Origin: Clostridium sp.
GTDB taxonomy: Bacteria; Bacillota; Clostridia; Lachnospirales; Lachnospiraceae
Length of the DNA stretch: 64,000 nt
Assembly (NCBI GenBank): GCA_023667695.1
Contig: JAMOZY010000004.1
Coordinates: 46,317-110,316, forward strand
Reading direction: 5' to 3'
The position numbers and the translations under genes are program-made. The notes beneath the pieces were generated by a model that was not told the origin of the DNA, searched no databases, and saw only the letters and a list, made by a program, of their open reading frames with translations. Below, piece by piece: positions 55,962 to 64,000 of the stretch; the stretch's first letter is position 1; each line of letters opens with the position of its first letter.

Positions 55962-57143
55962 TTATTTATTATAATTCTGCAATAGGAGTTCCGCAATCTC
56001 TCTTATCACACCTGCACCGCCTCTTGCCTGTGTTACATAGTCTGCCAACTCCCGCGCCTCTGGAATGGCATCCGCCGGACAGCAGGAAATTCCCGCTTTT
56101 TTCAAAACCGCCAAATCATTCCGATCATCTCCAATATATAACACATTCTTCCAATCCAACTGCAGCTTTCGGCAAAGCTTATCAATCACTTCAACCTTAT
56201 CCGAACACCCTTGCTCTATGATATCCAGCTTTAGCTTTTCTGCCCTCCGCTGATTCAACGCCCGGTCTTCACTGGTCACAATACCAACCAGAATGCCCTG
56301 CTCCCGTAACAACTGAAATCCCATACCATCTCTGGTATTGAATTTCTTCATCTCATCTCCCTGTTCTGAATAATACATACCTCCATCCGTCAAACAGCCG
56401 TCACAGTCGGTCAGAAATAACCGAATCTCCGATAATCCTAATAAAGGGGCATGAATTCCCTTCTTCTTCATCAAAGCCTCAATAGTAATCCAATCACTAG
56501 GCTCATCGATTTCCAAAAAAGTATCTTCACTCATTTCCACAGCTCTTATATTCCCGGACAAACGATTGCCGCTTTGGAGCAAATTCTCACGGGAAGTAAT
56601 ATAAAAAGCCCCGTTTTCCACCAAATCTCCGGTAAAATCCTGTCTTCTTGGCCGATGGTATACATCATAATTTATGGTTTCCACATTCCCGGCAGAATTC
56701 CATTGCCACCGAAACCTCTTTTGTGGAACTACAGAAAGCACACTATCGACTCCTTCTTCCCCATAAGCTTCAAAGCCCCGGTCCAAATCCATACCGGAAA
56801 GCAATGGAGATGTAGCCTGAATCAGTGTAATCGTATCAAACTCATACTCCTCTGCGAATTCCAACATAGCAAACTCTGTAGATGCAATATCAGAAGCGGA
56901 TTCCGCCGATCTTCCGATAACTGTAACCTTAGAAAACAATCCGCTTTCTCCACTGTTCTGAAACCCTTCTACTGCCTGCTTTATTTCCTCACTATCCGTC
57001 GCAACATATACCTGTTCTAAATATTTGCATTCACAGGCTGCACGAATCACCCAATATACCAGCGGACGTCCATTCAACCTCTTGATATTTTTCAGCGGAA
57101 TGGATTTGCTGCCACCCCGTACCGGAATAAATGCTACATTCAT
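55962..57143 (-). CDS. Fusion protein: CMP-nonulosonate synthetase (N-terminal) plus KdsC-type HAD-IIIA phosphatase (C-terminal)
   Basis: The N-terminus reads MNVAFIPVRGGSKSIPLKNIKRLNGRPLVYW. The C-terminus reads IRLFLTDCDGCLTDGGMYY...FNTRDGMGF...YIGDDRNDL, giving the DxD nucleophile and GDD motifs of KdsC/YrbI. Confidence 0.8.
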   Translation of the reverse strand: MNVAFIPVRGGSKSIPLKNIKRLNGRPLVYWVIRAACECKYLEQVYVATDSEEIKQAVEGFQNSGESGLFSKVTVIGRSAESASDIASTEFAMLEFAEEYEFDTITLIQATSPLLSGMDLDRGFEAYGEEGVDSVLSVVPQKRFRWQWNSAGNVETINYDVYHRPRRQDFTGDLVENGAFYITSRENLLQSGNRLSGNIRAVEMSEDTFLEIDEPSDWITIEALMKKKGIHAPLLGLSEIRLFLTDCDGCLTDGGMYYSEQGDEMKKFNTRDGMGFQLLREQGILVGIVTSEDRALNQRRAEKLKLDIIEQGCSDKVEVIDKLCRKLQLDWKNVLYIGDDRNDLAVLKKAGISCCPADAIPEARELADYVTQARGGAGVIREIAELLLQNYNK

Positions 57144-57145
57144 AA

Positions 57146-58027
57146 TTAATGTCCTCTCAGTTTAGTCCGGGCTGCTGCCTCACCATCATAAATCTGCTTC
57201 TTACCATCACCAATTGCCTGTACAATACTACTGATTCGCTTTTGAAGCATATCCATGGCATGTACCTCCAGACTGGCTTTCTGATCTGTCCCCCACATAT
57301 CATGGGATAAGGTAATATGCCGTTCAATTACTTTTGCTCCCAAGGCTGCCGCCACTACTGTCGGTTCCAGATTCATCTCATGTCCACTATAACCAACCAG
57401 GCAGTCATACCGTTCTTCCAGGGTTTTCATAACACTTAGGTTTAATTCTGCATTATCCGCCGGATAGCTGGAATTCGTATGCAATAAAATATAATCGCCA
57501 TTACCATATTTCTCTAACATTTCCACTGTCCGGTCTATTTCCTCCAATGTACTCATACCCGTTGAAATAATGATTGGCTTTCCTGACTTGCAGGCTTCTT
57601 TCAAAATATCCTCATTATCATTCGTCGCAGACGCAATCTTAATAAATGGGATATCATACTGTAGCAAGAATTCTAAGCTCGGCATATCCCATGGAGACGC
57701 ACTCCATGCAATTGGCTTCTGCTTACAGTAATCATCAATCGTATCGTATTCCGGCTTTTCAAATTCAATGTGTTTCTTATAATCCAAATAGGTAAGCCTG
57801 CCCCATGGCGTGTCCCGCATAACATTCTTTTGTGCCTCTGGAACCGCAATATCCGGACAGCGCTTCTGAAACTTTACTGCATCCCAGCTGGTTGCATTCG
57901 CCGCATCAATTAACTTCTTTGCAATCTGCATATCTCCATTATGGTTAATGCCAATTTCAGCAATTAAGTATGGTATTGATTGTGCATTAATAATCCGATT
58001 TCCTAATTTAATTTCCTTGTTTGCCAT
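57146..58027 (-). CDS. NeuB-family nonulosonate (9-phosphate?) synthase lacking the C-terminal SAF domain
   Basis: PYLIAEIGINHNGD, VKFQKR and GYSGHE are NeuB blocks. The protein ends about 60 aa short of SAF-containing NeuB/PseI. Start taken at ATG 58027 (MANKEIKLG). Confidence 0.75.
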   Translation of the reverse strand: MANKEIKLGNRIINAQSIPYLIAEIGINHNGDMQIAKKLIDAANATSWDAVKFQKRCPDIAVPEAQKNVMRDTPWGRLTYLDYKKHIEFEKPEYDTIDDYCKQKPIAWSASPWDMPSLEFLLQYDIPFIKIASATNDNEDILKEACKSGKPIIISTGMSTLEEIDRTVEMLEKYGNGDYILLHTNSSYPADNAELNLSVMKTLEERYDCLVGYSGHEMNLEPTVVAAALGAKVIERHITLSHDMWGTDQKASLEVHAMDMLQKRISSIVQAIGDGKKQIYDGEAAARTKLRGH

Positions 58028-58124
58028 AACCCTTCTCCTTTCGTCTCTCCATTTCCCCATACCAAATCTGTCAGGTATTCACGCCTATGCATCCATTATA
58101 TCATGTCTCCGGTCATATTTCATC

Positions 58125-59810
58125 CTATTTTCTAGCTGCATCTTCATATAAAAATTGCTTTAATGTCATCGGTACAAATCCTTTTTTTACAATTCCGCCT
58201 TCGGTTGCATCTACAACCTTCATAGTCGCATCTGATTCCCGAATCCGCTCTTCCATCCAGTTCCGAAAACGCAAAAATGTCTGGCTCGTGTTCAATTCCT
58301 TTCCATCCCATGCCTTTTCCTTCTGATATTCATACCCTCGGAAAACCGCACGTTTTGTACCAGATGCATGCATCTGCGTGCCATAATAAGCCAAATCCAA
58401 CCCAACAAATGCAATTGCCGCTGCTTCTAAACGAATAGCAATGTCTAACGCCAAGGTTGCCACAGAACCACCACTGGAATAACAAGTGCATCCATTCTCT
58501 TTTGCATAATCTGCCGCCATTTTATGCCCTTGTTGACAGACCAGATAGGTCCTTCCCTGATAGTATCGGCTAATTCTCCGGTCTGCAGTTGCCAAAAGCA
58601 GAACTGGAACCTCCAGCCCCTCAATTCCCTCCACTTGGTGATATACCCACAAATCAGAAATTACCACATAGTCTATCGGAATCTTTTTTTTAACTAGTAA
58701 CTTATATACTGTGCCAACTGCAAAGACCACAACATCATCGGGCCTTTCTCTTAACTGCTCTATATTTTTATCTAAGGATGGACCGCCTGCCACAATGATA
58801 ACCCGTTTCCCCTTTATGCGAGTCCGAATTTCATCTACATAAAAGCTACAGTTTTGAAGATTTTCCCGAATATTCTGATAGAAATAGATTTCTGCATCTG
58901 CAATAGCAGCCTTACGGTCTGCAATCTGATTCATCAACCTGCGCAATCTCTGCTCCTTCACATGCGCAATTGCCGGGCGATATAACAGCATCTCACGTTC
59001 GGCAGATATTAATGCACCAATTTCCTGATATTCCGGGTCCCAGACAAGTGTAATCTTCTCCAACACACTCCGCCAGTCACCATACTGTAAAGAATAATAA
59101 AGAATTCCAATATCCGGCTCAACAACAACCAAATCCATATCGGAATACAGATTCAACAGCTCTCTCACATGATATCCCATTCCCCAGCCAAGGAGTGTAT
59201 ATTTCTCTTTCTCTAATTGATAATTTCTCTCTGCCCATATCCTTGCCTCTTCTAACGGGTTTCGGTTGCTATGAAGATACCGGCGCTTCCCTTCTTCCTC
59301 CAATGCTATGGTAAAAAAACCTGTTGAAGTCGATTCTATAAAATATTGTTCCGCTTGTCCCTGTATAGCACCCTTCTCAAACTTATCTAATATTTGTACC
59401 AGTTCCGGATTTTTAACCCTTAGTACCTCCCGATTTCCTTCCCACCAGGAACTCTCTGTCAAAGATATATCCAATGCACTTATGATTACCTGTATATCCT
59501 GTAATGCAGGAATGAGTTGAAGCTCATAGAAATCCCCCAGCAGAATGTAATCCTCCTGTAGCTGCGCCTGCTCTAAACTGGATAATATAGATACCAGATA
59601 GTCTTCTCCCCATGCCAAACCACACTCTGTCAACAGCACCATCTGGTTTAACACTTCCGACAAATTCTGTTGCAGTTCTCTTGCAACAGCCGGAATCTGC
59701 TTATTTAACTGTGGCACATTCTGCTGTCTTGCCAATCGTACAAGTCTCGCTAACCTGTCAATCATTTCTGCATTTTTCCAGTACAAATTCCGTAATTCCT
59801 GTTCATTCAT
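58125..59810 (-). CDS. maf: Motility-associated factor (Maf) family glycosyltransferase (DUF115)
   Basis: Contains VIIVAGGPSLDKN...YVVISD...GGSVATLALDIAIRLEAAAIAFVGLDLAY. Confidence 0.75.
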   Translation of the reverse strand: MNEQELRNLYWKNAEMIDRLARLVRLARQQNVPQLNKQIPAVARELQQNLSEVLNQMVLLTECGLAWGEDYLVSILSSLEQAQLQEDYILLGDFYELQLIPALQDIQVIISALDISLTESSWWEGNREVLRVKNPELVQILDKFEKGAIQGQAEQYFIESTSTGFFTIALEEEGKRRYLHSNRNPLEEARIWAERNYQLEKEKYTLLGWGMGYHVRELLNLYSDMDLVVVEPDIGILYYSLQYGDWRSVLEKITLVWDPEYQEIGALISAEREMLLYRPAIAHVKEQRLRRLMNQIADRKAAIADAEIYFYQNIRENLQNCSFYVDEIRTRIKGKRVIIVAGGPSLDKNIEQLRERPDDVVVFAVGTVYKLLVKKKIPIDYVVISDLWVYHQVEGIEGLEVPVLLLATADRRISRYYQGRTYLVCQQGHKMAADYAKENGCTCYSSGGSVATLALDIAIRLEAAAIAFVGLDLAYYGTQMHASGTKRAVFRGYEYQKEKAWDGKELNTSQTFLRFRNWMEERIRESDATMKVVDATEGGIVKKGFVPMTLKQFLYEDAARK

Positions 59811-59838
59811 AGGTTTTCCCTCATATCATACATTATAT

Positions 59839-61689
59839 TTAAGAATCAAACTGATATTTTTCGTTTATTTCCTGTAATACAGATTCCCAGATTGGAAGCA
59901 TCTCCACTAATGCTTCTAATAAATCTCCTAAATACTTCTGCATCTTTTCATATAAGCGGATACTCTCCCGTTCTAAATCCTCTTCTGCCTCATTCAAATC
60001 GTCATTCAAGGTTATATGGGTTTCAATCATCCGCTTTACCAAGAGAACCATGCCTTCTGTCTCCTCTACTTCCTTCGTTATGGCATTCAGCTTTTTATCA
60101 ATCGCTTTCAATTCCTTCGGTTGATAATTCTTCCGTTTCAATAACTGAATGGCGCGCTCCGCTCCATTCAGTCCCTCCTTTAGCCGACGACGAAAGCCTT
60201 TAAAAAACTGATATTTCTGCTGCAGTTCCTGATATAACTCCAGCTTTTCCTCTCTGGTTGCCCATACCTTGGGAATCTGTTCCAATATGGCAGCTACATC
60301 ATATTCGGTCTGGCAATAGGTATCTACCGCTTCCTGTAACGGCATCTGGATGGCACCCTTCAGCTTGGCACCGCCTTCTGTGGCATTAATAATCACTCGG
60401 TCCTCCAGCTGTGGAATTCTTAGATTATACCAGTCAATATAGGTCTTGTAATCCCCACGGGTCATTACCCTATCGCCATAATAACCATCTACCATAGTTA
60501 TGTTATATATTAAATCCGATTCTTTTAGCTGTCCCTTGCCTGCATGCCGTTTTTCATCTGTAAATGCCAAATCCTGTCCAACCAGAATAACCGTCTGAAA
60601 TCCTGTCACAACTGCCAGCTTGAAGCAGGTCGTTCCAACGGAGCCGCCGCCATCAAAATATCCGACTTCATGTCCTTTTTTATAAAACAGCTCCTGATAA
60701 TAATCGCTGGTGGTAGATATATAGTAAGGATTCACATCATCTATGAATTCCAAAACATTAGAATTGGAATCCGAAGAAATTGCCAGTGGAAGTCCTTTCA
60801 CCTCCGAACCTTCAAAATGCCTTGTGCCTTTTTCCGCGTCAATGGTACAAGCCATATCCGGAACAATTCCATGACTTAATAAAAATGGTATTGCGGTATC
60901 TACACAAATAATAAACGCCTTCCCCTTCGCCTGCTTTAGTACCTCCACATTCTTCTCCAGAGAAGGACCTGCCGCTACCACAATAGCCGGCATATCCGTT
61001 GGAAAGCTGCCAATCATTCCACTGATAGACCTGCAATCTATCATCCATTTCAATGCCTTCACTTCATTCCTTACACCAGACTGTGCATATGCAATCAAGG
61101 TATTCATGGCTGCACGATTATCACCATAAACACGTTCATACATTTCAAAAATCGATTTTTGCCGTTCCGGAAATAGTTCTGCGTATTGGGTCAGCTTTTT
61201 AAAGCTAAAATGCCTCCAACTACTATAGTCAATCAAATCAACCAAGTGATACTCCAGCTGTTCACCATTCACTCCCTCCACAAACAAAAGTAATCGTGGA
61301 TTTGAAAGCAGATTGGTCAAATCGTATTCCTCCAGTGCCTTTCTGAAAATTGCTACTGAAGGTTCATATGCAATACATATCGCAACCGGGCACTCCTCTG
61401 ACAGTATACGTTCCAAAACCGCACCATTGCCAAAGCCAAATACCAAAACTATACTTTCTTCCGATTCTTTTTCAAACTGCAGCACATACCGTTCCGCCTC
61501 GTGACTGGGATTATAAGTGCTATTCAAAGGAATGATTTCCTCTTCACGAACCACTGCAAGAAATGTTTCACCATTCAATGCATCCCCTGTCAACACCTGC
61601 TCCCCGGGGTTATATGCATTCTCTATTTCTTCATAAATATCTTTATGTACTTCCTTCAATGCTTCTAAATTTCGTTCGTAAATCGTCAT
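59839..61689 (-). CDS. maf: Motility-associated factor (Maf) family glycosyltransferase (DUF115)
   Basis: Contains AIVVAAGPSLEKN...ACTIDAE...GGGSVGTTCFKLAVVTGFQTVILVGQDLAF. Confidence 0.75.
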   Translation of the reverse strand: MTIYERNLEALKEVHKDIYEEIENAYNPGEQVLTGDALNGETFLAVVREEEIIPLNSTYNPSHEAERYVLQFEKESEESIVLVFGFGNGAVLERILSEECPVAICIAYEPSVAIFRKALEEYDLTNLLSNPRLLLFVEGVNGEQLEYHLVDLIDYSSWRHFSFKKLTQYAELFPERQKSIFEMYERVYGDNRAAMNTLIAYAQSGVRNEVKALKWMIDCRSISGMIGSFPTDMPAIVVAAGPSLEKNVEVLKQAKGKAFIICVDTAIPFLLSHGIVPDMACTIDAEKGTRHFEGSEVKGLPLAISSDSNSNVLEFIDDVNPYYISTTSDYYQELFYKKGHEVGYFDGGGSVGTTCFKLAVVTGFQTVILVGQDLAFTDEKRHAGKGQLKESDLIYNITMVDGYYGDRVMTRGDYKTYIDWYNLRIPQLEDRVIINATEGGAKLKGAIQMPLQEAVDTYCQTEYDVAAILEQIPKVWATREEKLELYQELQQKYQFFKGFRRRLKEGLNGAERAIQLLKRKNYQPKELKAIDKKLNAITKEVEETEGMVLLVKRMIETHITLNDDLNEAEEDLERESIRLYEKMQKYLGDLLEALVEMLPIWESVLQEINEKYQFDS

Positions 61690-61692
61690 GTC

Positions 61693-61977
61693 CTATCTCC
61701 CATTACGTTCCGTTTTATATGCTTCCACCACTCCGGCAACATCAAACATCAGCATATCTGCCAGCATGATATAATTCTTTGTCTCCATTGCCTCCATTAC
61801 ACCCTTTAAAATCATTAAATATGACTGCTGTTCTTCCGCCTCTAAAGACGCCATAAACTCAGACAAATCCCGAATCAGCTCCGGCATTCTTTTTATTCCC
61901 TTATTATATCGATTCTGATAAAAGGCATCTGCAACTGATTCTAATTCTTCCATTAAATCCTTTGTTTCCTTTTCCAT
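61693..61977 (-). CDS. Small helical hypothetical protein (94 aa), first gene after the fliC terminator
   Basis: An ORF with a 3-nt gap to the downstream maf gene. No recognisable motif. Confidence 0.45.
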   Translation of the reverse strand: MEKETKDLMEELESVADAFYQNRYNKGIKRMPELIRDLSEFMASLEAEEQQSYLMILKGVMEAMETKNYIMLADMLMFDVAGVVEAYKTERNGR

Positions 61978-62107
61978 ACCTCAACCTCACTCGTGCAAAA
62001 TCTCACAGCCACTTATCTACCGGACTTATTTCCCAGTCAAATATCCATGCAAGCATGGCTATTTTCTCCACTGCTTGCGGGAATGAAAATCAAAAAGTTT
62101 TGGATAC

Positions 62108-62136
62108 AAATAAAGCTGGCCCAGAGGACCAGCCCT
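62108..62136 (-). terminator. Rho-independent terminator downstream of fliC
   Basis: The minus strand reads GGGCTGGTCC-TCT-GGGCCAGC followed by TTTATTTG. Confidence 0.65.
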
Positions 62137-62157
62137 ATTTGCAATAACCTCAATTGA

Positions 62158-62955
62158 TTACTGAAGTAATGATAATACGCCTTGTGTAGACTGATTAGCC
62201 TGTGCAAGCATGGACTGTGCAGCCTGCTGTACAATCTGTGACTTGCTGTAGTTAACCATTTCAGAAGCCATATCTGTATCACGGATACGAGACTCAGCCT
62301 CTGTTAAGTTCTCAGAGTAGTTCTCCAAGTTCTGAACAGTGTAATCCAGACGGTTCTGGATAGCACCTAACTTAGACCGCTGAGCAGATACAGACTTGAT
62401 TGCCTCCTGAACAGCGCTCAATGTCTTACTTGCTGCAGCATGAGTGCTAACTGCGATAGTTGCAACAGAAACCTTAACCTTAACGGTAATAGCCATGTTA
62501 TCGCCCTTGTTTGCACCAATCTGAAGATAACCAGAGAAGTTACTCAGCTTCTTGCCATTGAACTTCGCACGCTTTGCGATAGCAGAAAGCTCAGAATCCA
62601 ACTGCTTCATTTCATCAGCAATCGTGGTACGGTCTTCTGACTCGTTAACATCATTTGCAGCCTTGTCAGCCAGTTCTTCCATTCTCTGAAGGATAGAGTG
62701 CATAGCGTCCATGTTACCTTCAGCAGTCTGAATAAGAGAAATACCATCCTCTGCATTCTTAACGGCCTGGTTCAAACCACGGATCTGAGCTCTCATCTTC
62801 TCAGAAATACTAAGACCTGCTGCATCATCTGCTGCCCGGTTTACCTTGTAACCAGAAGCTAACTTCTCAGATGACTTCTGAACAACCTTAACATTGTTGC
62901 CCAGCATTCTGTTTGTGTTGTTTGCCTGCAAATTGTGTTGTACTACCATTCCCAT
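62158..62955 (-). CDS. fliC: Flagellin (short, 265 aa)
   Basis: Conserved flagellin termini are present: [19 protein letters not shown]...[33 protein letters not shown] at the N-terminus and ...[15 protein letters not shown] at the C-terminus. Confidence 0.93.
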   Translation of the reverse strand: [265 protein letters not shown]

Positions 62956-62962
62956 AATGATT

Positions 62963-62994
62963 CCTCCTTGAATATAATGTTGCGTCCTTGCAAC
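62963..62994 (-). promoter_or_regulatory. fliC 5' leader: GGA-loop hairpin plus GGA-containing Shine-Dalgarno (candidate CsrA binding sites)
   Basis: The minus strand reads GTTGC-AAGGAC-GCAAC (62979-62994), then 9 nt, then CAAGGAGGA directly before the ATG. Confidence 0.45.
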
Positions 62995-63075
62995 ATGTAC
63001 TAGCAGCTTTGCTGCCGTTAATTTGTTTCCACTCTTATGAGTGTCTAGGCTGTTTTATCAACCCTTGTATTATAT

Positions 63076-63102
63076 ATATCGGACGGTTTTTCCGATACTT
63101 AA
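63076..63102 (-). promoter_or_regulatory. Sigma-D (sigma-28)-type promoter of fliC
   Basis: The minus strand reads TAAG, a 15-nt spacer, then CCGATAT, against the consensus TAAA-N15-GCCGATAT. The promoter is embedded in the inverted repeat TATCGG-N9-CCGATA. Confidence 0.6.
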
Positions 63103-63120
63103 TACCTTTTTTTAATTTTT

Positions 63121-63603
63121 TTATTTTTTTTGGTCCATATAACGGGAATCCGCCGTCTGGGTATTAGTCATGGACTTATAATAGGTGGTCGCTACCTTAT
63201 TCGAGGTCTTAACCTGACGCAGCTCCTTCTGCTGGTCTGCAAACTTTACGGATAATTTCGCCTTATTCCTCGCTTCTGCCGCCTGTATCTCCACACTGAT
63301 ATCCGTACACTGCCGAATCAACTGTTGAAGTGCCAACACGTCTTCCCTATAAAGCTCCGGATGTTCCTTCACTTCCGATTCTATTTTCTGAAAAACAGAA
63401 TCAAAGCCTTCATCCAGTTCCTCTAACCGGGTCAATAGTTGTTCCTTTTGATCCATAGTCCCTTCAAATGCATCCAAATCAAAAGCTTCCTCATCAGCCA
63501 GAATCCCCTGACGTTCCGAAGCCTCCAACAGTGCCTGCAGCACCGTAAGCTTCTTTTCCAAGGACTCTTCCAATACTTTTAAATAATCTGAAACTTTTTC
63601 CAT
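63121..63603 (-). CDS. Coiled-coil flagellar chaperone-like protein (FlgN/FliT-like)
   Basis: 160 aa, helical and acidic, immediately downstream of fliS. The call rests on position and composition only. Confidence 0.45.
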   Translation of the reverse strand: MEKVSDYLKVLEESLEKKLTVLQALLEASERQGILADEEAFDLDAFEGTMDQKEQLLTRLEELDEGFDSVFQKIESEVKEHPELYREDVLALQQLIRQCTDISVEIQAAEARNKAKLSVKFADQQKELRQVKTSNKVATTYYKSMTNTQTADSRYMDQKK

Positions 63604-63628
63604 GATTTCGATTTCCTCGCATTCTTTC

Positions 63629-64000
63629 CTATAACATCGGTCCTTTTGAAGCGCGCATCACTTCTTTCCATGCATCACGCATATCCCGAAGCTGTGCTAA
63701 TGCCTCCTCTAATGCCTCGCTGTCCTTTTTCATATTGGCATCTACCAATTTATGAAAAATGTAATCATAAACAGTATCAAATTCCTTAGCAATGGCATAT
63801 TTATGGTCCAGCGTAGACTGTAACTCAACAATGATATTACGTGCCTTCTGAATATTCAGATTCGCCTTCTCATAATCCCTTTTTTCAATAGCAGAAGCAG
63901 CAATATTGCAAAACTTAATCGCCCCCTCATATAACATCAGGGTCAACTCCGCAGGAGATGCTGTTTCTACTTTTCTGGCACTATATGCCAGTGCTGCATT
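63629..64000 (-). CDS. fliS: Flagellar export chaperone FliS (N-terminus runs off the right edge of the window)
   Basis: The frame stays open beyond the listed Met (...NAALAYSARKVETASPAELTLMLYEGAIKF...). It is FliS-like throughout. Confidence 0.8.
   Translation of the reverse strand, partial: NAALAYSARKVETASPAELTLMLYEGAIKFCNIAASAIEKRDYEKANLNIQKARNIIVELQSTLDHKYAIAKEFDTVYDYIFHKLVDANMKKDSEALEEALAQLRDMRDAWKEVMRASKGPML

Overview
This window looks like chromosomal DNA from a motile Firmicute. The Clostridia/Lachnospiraceae-like assignment is an inference from gene content, synteny and protein sequences; no search was run. About 90% is coding, mostly on the minus strand.

**1-14 kb: conserved housekeeping block.** aspS (partial), hisS, an HD-GYP protein, hemZ, an MBL hydrolase, relA, recJ and fused secDF. 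It also holds a SCIFF radical-SAM maturase and its 47-aa six-cysteine precursor, which the ORF track misses.

**14-34 kb: mixed region.**
- A GH3 beta-glucosidase.
- A tightly packed minus-strand cluster: FHA protein, PP2C phosphatase, a TPR-ectodomain Ser/Thr kinase, a small membrane protein and a 1266-aa Ig-repeat surface protein.
- A divergent ECF sigma gene with a beta-propeller anti-sigma gene.
- mltG, ppiB, lysA, a YesL-like gene and acyP.

**34-62 kb: large mosaic flagellin-glycosylation island next to fliC, a FlgN-like gene and fliS.**
- tagD and a TagF-like glycerophosphotransferase.
- A GT2 and two CgeB-like glycosyltransferases.
- An Rpn/YhgA-like nuclease.
- A LicC-like/CobD-like fusion beside a soluble TPR-alkaline-phosphatase-fold transferase.
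- A visibly AT-richer pseudaminic-acid cassette with pseB, pseI, pseG, pseF, a Pse-associated methylase, an ATP-grasp enzyme, a methyltransferase, and a pyruvyl transferase with an FrhB-like partner. Only a roughly 180-nt remnant of pseC is present and no pseH is seen.
- A second NeuB-like synthase next to a CMP-synthetase/KdsC-phosphatase fusion.
- Three DUF115 (Maf-like) proteins.

**Non-coding signals.**
- A 128-bp structured element present twice (about 5.0 kb and 21.2 kb).
- An 89-bp tandem repeat of about 2.9 copies that duplicates the 3' end of lysA.
- In-frame 36-nt and 75-nt tandem repeats inside the FHA gene.
- A sigma-D-type promoter and a GGA-loop hairpin in the flagellin leader.

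No rRNA, tRNA, CRISPR array or complete transposon was seen. All family assignments come from reading motifs in the translations, not from database searches.
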